Shown here: positions 38,391 through 45,931 of the stretch, one piece after another | Layout: each line of letters starts with the position of its first letter | Numbering within the stretch: position 1 is the stretch's first letter | Origin: Octopus sinensis | Taxonomy: Eukaryota | Assembly (NCBI RefSeq): GCF_006345805.1 | Contig: NW_021834685.1 | Span: forward strand, 1-45,931 | Length of the DNA stretch: 45,931 bases | Direction of reading: 5' to 3' | Notes under the pieces: generated by a model | Databases searched by the model: none | Told to the model about the DNA's origin: nothing | The model's input: the letters and a program-made list of their open reading frames with translations, nothing else | Made by a program: the position numbers and the translations under genes

Positions 38391-38570
38391 ATCTTAATAA
38401 TAAAATGGTGTGTATCTTTCTGTGTGTTTACACCAACTTCAAATTAAAAAAATACAAATAGATTGTCAAAATCCTTTCCCCTTATAATTAAGCAAATAAT
38501 GGAGAACAAGTCCAAAATGCTTGGGTCCTCCATGAATTTTCTGCCCAAAAATCTAACATATTAGGTATTC
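38391..38570 (+). repeat. Helitron/DINE-like 5' segment, copy 1 (copy 2 at 39792-39965)
   Basis: Both copies start ATCTTAATAATAAAATGG, followed by a GT/GTCT microsatellite and about 150 shared nt. Confidence 0.55.
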
Positions 38571-38734
38571 TTTCGGCGTGACGTACTTTCCTCTTCTGCG
38601 CTTATGTGTGAAATGCTCATCATTCAACGGAAACACCTGAAACGGCAATTGAAGATGAAACCCGTGCTATTCTAAGGGGTTTTTTAATTAATATATTTAA
38701 GAAACTTAACAAAAAAATACAAAAAGTAATTATA

Positions 38735-38940
38735 ATAACTAATGAGACACTTGTGCTTGTTTATGTGCACACAAAATTTCCAGACTGGGACGAATTTGCG
38801 ACAAACATACGGGGAGGTCATCTTCAACTGATAACAACCTGTTTCTGGTTTTTGATTTAATGTCGACGAGACAAGAGAAAGCTTGTTCACACTTATATGA
38901 TGCTGAAAACTGAAGCAATATTTTGATTGCTTTTTTAAAA
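38735..38940 (-). mobile_element. hAT (Buster/Charlie) transposase C-terminus
   Basis: AIKILLQFSASYKCEQAFSCLVDIKSKTRNRL..VCLSQIRP..KQAQVSH*, in a different frame from the ORF-track call. Confidence 0.9.
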
Positions 38941-39115
38941 ATTGAAATATTTTTCAGAATAAATTCGTATTTTTTTGTTTTTTTATTCGCCGAAGATTGA
39001 GGATGTGAACCACCAAAAAAATTGTAACTAACTATATTTTAATTTTAAAATTTTTCAAGTTTTTTTAACTGAATTAAAATATTATTATACAACTATAAAT
39101 AATTTTTAATTTGCA

Positions 39116-39666
39116 GAACACACCAGTGCCGCTGCGGTTTAAGAGTGGATTCATTTGGCCATCATCCCCTCTCCTGCTCACGTAGTGCCGGACGTTTCCC
39201 ACGACACGCCGCCATCAACGACACCGTGAGCCGTGCCCTAACGACGGCGGGGTTTCCTAATGAGCTCGAACCAGTCGGGCTCGACAGAGGCGACGGTAAG
39301 CGCCCGGATGGCATGTCAATCTTCCCGTTTGAAAAGGGGAAATGCCTTATCTGGGACGCCACCTATTCCGACACTTTCTCCGCCAATAATCTAATTGTCT
39401 CCGCTGCGGAACCGGGCTCAGTTGCAAAGCAGGCGGAACTAACAAAACAGGAGAAGTACCGGGTCCTGGCAAAGAATCACCAATTCACTGCAGTCGCGAT
39501 GGAAACCTCTGGAGTCATCGGCCCGCAGACGCTATCGTTTCTCCGCCGCCTTGGATGTAAGCTCGTGGTTTCCACGAAAGATCCCAACGAGTCGATCAGA
39601 CTTTTTCAAAGGATCACATTGGCCATCATGCGCGGGAATTGCCAGTCGATCCGCTGCGCATTTTAA
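39116..39666 (+). mobile_element. CRE 3' end with open zinc-knuckle and RLE frame
   Basis: HQCRCGLRVDSFGHHPLSC..RHAAIND..LEPVGLDRGDGKRPDG..WDAT..METSG..QRITLAIMRGN, with no stop over 173 codons. Confidence 0.92.
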
Positions 39667-39719
39667 CTCTTTTCGTTTGTAAAATAAAATGAAAAATTTT
39701 TTTTTAATTTTAAATATTA

Positions 39720-39791
39720 AAGATCTCGCGGCACCTAAAACTAGACCTCGCGGCACCAAAAGTGCCGTGGCACCCCGGTTGGGAATCGCTG
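39720..39791 (-). mobile_element. hAT terminus (TIR CAGCGATTCCCAACC with CTCGCGGCACC subterminal repeats)
   Basis: TIR ends at 39791. Probably the 5' end of the element whose C-terminus lies at 38735-38940, split by the CRE. Confidence 0.7.
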
Positions 39792-39965
39792 ATCTTAATA
39801 ATAAAATGGTATGGCGTGTGTCTGTCTGTGTGCACAAACTTCAAATTAGCAAAATACAGATAAATTGTCTAAATTCTTTCTTCTTATAATTCGCCAATAA
39901 TGGGGAACAAGTTCAAAATTATGAGGTCCTCCAAAAATCTTTTACTCTAAAAACTGACATATCAA
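39792..39965 (+). repeat. Helitron/DINE-like 5' segment, copy 2
   Basis: Colinear with 38391-38570. Confidence 0.55.
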
Positions 39966-40119
39966 GAATATCTTCAATGATGAGGTCCTTAAAACCTTCC
40001 CACTAAAAAAATTAAAAAGTTTTTTTAGATTTTAGATTTTAAAAAGTTTTTAGACAATAAGTATGTTTTCCACTCACATGATGAGGTCCTTGAAGCATTT
40101 CTTTAAGTAGTTCGAGTAA

Positions 40120-41130
40120 TAGACAAATCATTCTGCCACTGTCCTCTCAACCAAATTCTCTAAGATATTGCGAAGGCTCCCTCTGTGTATGGAGTCAAAT
40201 GCATTGGATGCCACTAACACCCTTGTACTTTTGATCTATTGCATAAAACCATCTATGTCTCCAAACCACATCAGCTGTAGATCTCCCTGGCCTGAATCGC
40301 TTCGACCGTGACAGAGAAAGTTCTCAATGTCAATACTATAAGTGATAATAAGTGATTTCAATAGTAAGATGGAAAAAATTTGTTTCGGGTTTGTAATACA
40401 ATTAGTGTGCTGTTACCCATGTCTAGTGGTGAGCTGTATTTGAATGTTTTGTTGTATATCCGGGTTAATACCTCGGAGATCTCAGTCTGTCATATTTGAG
40501 AAATTCTGCATTTATGTTTTCAAGGCCAGTAGGTCTGTAGATGTTTAATTTGTCCAGAGCTTTCCTTGTTTCCAGAATTGTTATCGGAATATCAAGTTCT
40601 CGTGGTTCACCATCGAACTGTTTGATGTTTTTGCCGTGGTTTTGATTGAAGGGTACCTGATAGTGACGGGCCCAGACCACATCAGCAATAGATCTTCCTG
40701 ACCTGAAAATACTATATAGCTGCTAGATTATTTTATTTGAATTAATTTCTTATCATTTTATGGGTCTTTTAAGGGTGACATTAAACAAATTTTTTAAATG
40801 GAATTTAAATTGGCATTAAAAAAATAGCATTTAAAATAGCGCCGATAACATTTATAATGCATTTTTTTTCAAAATTAAAAAAATTATTATAATAGCACTT
40901 CCCATAGAAATCTGAACAGAATAAGTCATATTTCGACACATGCCAAACACGATATAATCTTCTTAACCATAGTTTTCCACCCTCCGCGGTTTTGGGCCTG
41001 CCTGTAGAGTTCTTCCAGGTTCTCACAGTTGTTTAGGGTTTTCCTCACGCAGATTAGATCTTGTTGCAGAACGGCTAGCAGTGTTATTCGGGGTCGTCCA
41101 CGAAATTTTGGTCCACTATGACTCTCTTAA
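40120..41130 (-). mobile_element. RTE-clade LINE fragments (rearranged)
   Basis: FRPGRSTADVVWRHRW, SNAFDSIHR, ITILETRKALDKL..GLENINAEFLK, and a 3' end RGRPRITL..QDL..AQNRGGW. Confidence 0.8.
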
Positions 41131-41204
41131 GGTCCATCAATTAAAAAATAATTATTCAAAAGATAATTTAATGTTAAAAAATTGTGAAAAATAATATAAC
41201 TGAA

Positions 41205-41575
41205 TTCAAACAAAATGACAATATTAAATGGTACTTATTATATTTTTTAAATGTTATAAATTTATCGATTTAACGCTTAGCACGTAATATTCTTTTAATT
41301 TGTTGTGGGTTTTAATTTTTAATTTTTATTTTGCTTTTTCTTGGTATTAATGTCTTATTTTTATGATATTTTTGTTTTTTATTTGTTTGAAGATTAATTA
41401 AATTGACTACTGGTAAAATATCCTGAATCAAGTTTATTTTGCAAGTGAATTTATATTCATTTTATCAATTAATTAATCTCTATTCATATGTTTTTTTATA
41501 GTAAATTTATTTCTTTCTAATATTTTTTGTTTATTTGGATTTTTTTTCAGTCTTTTATTGTTTATTTTTACAATC
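41205..41575 (+). repeat. Dispersed T-rich repeat, copy 2 of 3
   Basis: Same core as the copies at 31265 and 45378. Confidence 0.85.
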
Positions 41576-41699
41576 AATAACTATTAACGGAACAATAATT
41601 AAGAAATCAACTAACTAACGCTTCCTTGGTGTCGAAGGCATAGCGGAACAGTAGAAGGAACACTTAGGCCATCTCCACTCAAAATCAGCAAAGTATGAA

Positions 41700-42100
41700 G
41701 TGAAAAGTTCGCGGGATGTCCCATTCATTCTCTAACTTTTTTTGGCGTATGACAACAAAGACTCAATTCTTTGAGTATGTGAAAAACGATTGTTTGGATC
41801 CACGAAATTCCGGCTGTGATTAACTCGTAAGGGCTCAGAGTAACCAGACGATTCAAGTCCATTGTACGCAGACAATTTGTCGATGCATACAATTGATCCT
41901 GGACGAACATAACTCTGAATATAATTAGAGTTTCTCGAGTTCGGTTGGGTACTTTGCACAAAATAATGTTTATTGGATTTCCCGTTTCTTTTCCCCGACC
42001 ACCAAATGACCCTCGTGCCACGTTCGCCGTGCATATTTTCGATGATACTTTGTTTTATCTACTTTAACATAGATTGGCAACAAAGTATCAGGGTCAATTT
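41700..42100 (-). mobile_element. Merlin (IS1595/ISXO2-like) transposase pseudogene
   Basis: KVPNRTRETL / VRPGSIVCIDKLSAYNGL..VNHSRNFVDP..HTQRIES. Confidence 0.9.
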
Positions 42101-42229
42101 CTCCAAGAGAAGCAGGATGGTCATACACTCATTTATAACATTCATGCTCCAATCCAAGGAGATGAAAAAATGACTAAAATAGAACAATGTTCATTAAACA
42201 CTTTTTAATAAAATGCACTAATAATGGAG

Positions 42230-43490
42230 TGACCATCCACTGTGGGATCCGATTGTTGGAAAAGGATCCACACACAACAAAAAAGAAAAAACTAGTAAAG
42301 ATATTCTGGTCCTATCTACGATTAGTTAAAAAATCATTCTTTTGTAAGTTACGTTCTAATTAACAAGGATATATTTAATTAGACGTGTAATTACTGATAA
42401 GAATAAATCAAGAAAGAAAAAACGTAAAAAAAATCCCGTACAAAAGTGAAGCTTAAATCATCTTAATCCGAACTTTGCATCCCCCAGCGTATTCGCATTT
42501 AATATTCCTTTTTCCTGACAATATTTTTTCAAGAATTGGAATAGCTCCGTTACTCTATTTATATATTAATTGAAATAATTGGATCTATTTTCGTACGAAA
42601 ACCTAAATATTTTAAAAGTAGTTTTATTTACCTCTTTATTTGAAAAGTCAAAATTTTCGGAAGCTTATTAATACTTAAAAGCTTTGTAGCCTCCACATAA
42701 TTATTGCAGCTATTAAATAAAGTTATCTAAATATAAAAAAACCTATCACAGAAGTATTTATTACTTCCATTAAGATGTTCAGCTCCAAAATATCCAGACA
42801 TTGACTTTATAAGCGACGAAGCATACTATAAAAAACTTAAATTCTTATAATACTTTTATAGAAACAGAAAGATCCAAAAAACGGTCAAAATTTTTGGAAG
42901 AATGTCCACAACTTGCACAAAAAACTAAGAAATAATATAAAAATAGCAACCTTGACTTTGAAGAATACCTTCAAATATTTTGGAAATGATATTTGTCTCC
43001 GAGAATTAGAACTATAATAATTATTATTAACATACATATTATTATATTCAAAATTAATATTGTTATTCAGTTTTTCCAGAATGAATATTAAACATTCATG
43101 CGCGTCTTGTTGTTCATCGTCTTTCATCGTGTTGGAGAGATCTGTAATTAATTAAAACAAAATAAGTTACTTAATAAACATTGCAGAATCATATCTGGGT
43201 AAAAGGAGCAATTTAACTTTGTTTTGTCGATGTGTAATTTCATCGAGCATTCCAGACACGGTTCATTTTTTAATTTTTTTTGACCTGCAAAATTTAAATG
43301 AAAAATATAAACATAGATTAACGTGTGGACTCGAATCATAATGTTGATAAAATGGCGGAGTGAAAATTAAAGTCTGTAATACGGAATTCAAATAGCAGTT
43401 GTTCTTTTTATTTATTAAGCCGGCTCCATATTGTCTGTTTTCTAGATATTTATCCTTTTTTGCGTTTTTTTTTCTTATTGAATTTTTCAT
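42230..43490 (-). CDS. USP36/USP42-like ubiquitin protease, multi-exon; apparent lesions; true 5' end may lie upstream
   Basis: GAGLINKKNNCYLNSVLQTLIFTPP (Cys box), QQDAHE, KIFEGILQSQVFCASCG, FLDLS, EHLNGSNKYFCD, LPKILTFQIKRF. The His box (HSGWSL.HY*) is damaged. Confidence 0.8.
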
Positions 43491-44039
43491 TGAGTTACTA
43501 CAATATGTTTTAAATCAAAGAGTATGCTTATTTTTTAAAATAAAAAAGGAACATTATACTATTCAAAAATATAAAGTGTTTTTTTATATTTATCTAATCT
43601 TTAGAGTTCAAGTAAAGATTACTAAATGCCAGCTACTTACTTGGATTTGTGTATTTTGTGTAGACTCGTTTATATACTCAGAAAAGATCGTATAATTACT
43701 CCTTAAGTTAGTTCCTATTTTTACTTTTGTATGTATTTAATTACATTAAAACAATTTTTGATTTATGTAATCAGATAAATTAAATCAATTATTTGTATGA
43801 ATGATATAGTAAAGGAACCATTAAAAATAAATTCATACTGTTAGTATCAAATAAACTAATTAAATTACATAATTCCAAAGTACGTGATTCCAAATTTTCT
43901 GCAAAGTACTTTTGTATTTAGGAAAATATGATATTCCAATATTTAGCTTTTTAAGAAAAGTTTTAGTAAAATGATAAAAACTTCGTCAACTATGCAACAA
44001 GGAAATTGTTAAAAAAAATCTAGCTATTAAGTACTGGCT

Positions 44040-44190
44040 CGCAGGATTGAAAGACAATTCCCGCGTAAAACAGCCAGCGAGATCCTTTGAATAAGGAATA
44101 TAAATTCCCTGAGATCTCTGGAGCGATAGGTGTACAGACGGCCAAGTTTCTTAAGATGAGTAAGCGTCTTGGCCCCAAAAACACAGGAAG
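44040..44190 (+). mobile_element. Degenerate CRE 3' fragment
   Basis: EISGAIGVQTAKFLK..SKRL. Confidence 0.5.
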
Positions 44191-45069
44191 AATTGTATTC
44201 TGAGTTAATCTACAATATATATTTTTTAAATTTTATCATTTTGATTATTATTCCTTATTTATCTAATTATTCATACAAAAATTATAGTATAGTTTATTAT
44301 AAAATCACGTAATGATAAAAACTTCGTCAATTAATTAAAATCGCTGATTTACATGATGATATATTAGACACTCTGTTGCATAAGAATCATTTTTTCTGTC
44401 GTTACTTTTCCAACAATTAACAATACATCCCACATCTATTTTCTCTCAGCCCTTTGAAATTAGCACCATGACACGACGAAAGTTTGATTTTAAAATAGAA
44501 TGTATAAAATCGTTTTCGAAATCTCGAAAACACAAAAATTCTATCAAAAGACTTGAATAATAATCTTACAAAGCCTTGATTATTCTCATATCTAAAGGTT
44601 GTAAATAAAGCGTATATTTTTTGCTAAAAATAAAAATTCAATATTTAAACATTCAACAGTTTTATGGGATTCCACATTGTCAAGTAACAATAAATTATTG
44701 TACGACGCCCCAAAATGTTCATAATTTTGTTTTAATTTTTCATTTTATTTTGCTAAAATGTTAATTTTAAAAAGTGCCCCACCCCTGAAGCTTTCCTATG
44801 TTGCGTCAGACAGTAGCTCAATAACTAAGTTGAAGAGATGTATATTTTGTGTTTTGAAATCGGTGTACATAATTTTTAATAATATGCGGCATGAGCACCA
44901 GGTCACAATGGAAAATTTATACGCACATTGTTCTGATGTTTTAAGGAACGAAGAGAATCGACTGAATATTTTTTTAAACAGCTGCCTTTGGATAAACAAA
45001 AAAAACAAAATAAAAGGCCATCGTCAGCAATCCAGAACTCGATTTCCTGTTTATTTAAACAGTCGTTAA

Positions 45070-45360
45070 TTCTTGGATTGAGAGAACGAGCAAATAGACA
45101 GGCAGTTTCCGCGGAATATCGCAAGGAAATGTGCTGAAAAAGCCAGCTAGACTCACGTCTCTCGTGACTCTTCCTTGAGATCATTAAACCAATTTCCGAA
45201 AGTGACTCCAGGGCTTTTGGGCTGATTATCCCACTCGTCTCAAAAGCGAGGGGGACAAAAAGGCAGGTGTTCTATAATGAGGCGTACTTTGCGATTTTTT
45301 TCGTTTCGGCATGTGCTGAGGCTGAGCTAGGGCGGGAGGCAGAGTCGACAAGTAATCATG
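45070..45360 (-). mobile_element. CRE 3' end remnant
   Basis: AHAETKKIAKYASL..VPLAFETSG..RESSWLFQHIS..RGNC. Confidence 0.85.
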
Positions 45361-45377
45361 TCCTGATTTGTTTACGC

Positions 45378-45775
45378 AAACAGACTAACAATATTAAATG
45401 TTATTGATTTAATTTTTTTTAATGTTCTAAATTTATCTAATTAATTACAATAAATTCTCATGTCCTAAATACGTCATTTTTTTCTTGTGTTGTGATTGTG
45501 GTTGTTAATTCTTATTTTTTTCTTTTGCTTTCATATTTTATTTTTATAATATTTTGTTTTTTCATTTGTTTGAAGATTAATTCAATTGACTACTGGTAAA
45601 ATATCACTGATAAATTTTATTTTGCAAGTCTATTCATTTTATTGATTAATTAATCTTCATTCATATGGATTTTTCCAATTATATTTATTTCTTTTTAGTA
45701 TTTTTTGTTTATCTCGATCTTTTTACTATTTTATTGTTTATTTTTTTATAGTTTATTCTAGTAAAATATGGATTT
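45378..45775 (+). repeat. Dispersed T-rich repeat, copy 3 of 3
   Basis: Same core as the copies at 31265 and 41205. Confidence 0.85.
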
Positions 45776-45931
45776 TACTTTTAAGAATTTAAATAAATAA
45801 AATGTCCCATATTCCTTGTATCTTGATTTCAACTGTGGACATTTTTACTATGAATGGATTAATAATTTATAGCGGGATAACTAAGCTGAAGAGATCTATA
45901 CATCGTGTTTTAAAATTGGTGTCCTCGTCAA

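Noticed and set aside
38684-38890. Novel Cys/His-rich protein apparently conserved with 28460-28640 (YVCRKFxPVWKFC)
   Set aside because: It is an off-frame reading of the hAT transposase C-terminus; the correct frame gives SYKCEQAFS..RNRL..QVSH*.
43399-43695. Hydrophobic membrane-protein ORF, and similar AT-rich ORFs such as 5801-5995 and 25152-25367
   Set aside because: F/I/L/K-rich translations expected from AT-rich non-coding or antisense DNA; this one overlaps the USP gene on the opposite strand.
44758-45069. 103-aa ORF as a host gene
   Set aside because: No recognisable motif or splice structure, and its end overlaps the CRE 3' tail.

Overview
This is eukaryotic, very AT-rich DNA with tiny spliceosomal introns (mostly 22-34 nt), read with the standard genetic code. 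It resembles a compact animal-parasite genome such as a dicyemid or myxozoan; that is inference, and the taxon cannot be fixed from this window. Host genes that can be reconstructed are a 3-exon thioredoxin, a head-to-head PSMD14/RPN11 and DDX55 pair, a USP36/42-like protease with apparent lesions, tRNA-Asp(GTC), tRNA-Glu(CTC), and decayed pieces of TARS and a DCAF4-like WD40 gene. Most of the rest is fragmented mobile DNA: about ten CRE-clade retrotransposon 3' ends, RTE and other LINE remnants, a second RLE retrotransposon, several hAT elements (two with perfect TIRs and 8-bp TSDs), Tigger/pogo, Tc1, Merlin, MULE and integrase remnants. The most unusual observations are: (1) a tRNA-Glu 3' half starting at the anticodon, inserted with a target-duplication-like repeat inside an RLE retrotransposon; (2) a canonical 2A ribosome-skipping motif (LLTICGDVESNPGP) just downstream of a CRE element; (3) diverged CRE copies that start at nearly the same point and keep only the zinc-knuckle and endonuclease; (4) an unassigned RTKSG-repeat protein; (5) a foldback palindrome of at least 2.1 kb; (6) an in-frame hAT-Tc1-CRE chimeric ORF; (7) a possible GT-GG intron in RPN11; (8) duplicated DDX55 terminal exons. 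All family calls come from motif recognition by eye; no database search was run, and boundaries of decayed elements are approximate.
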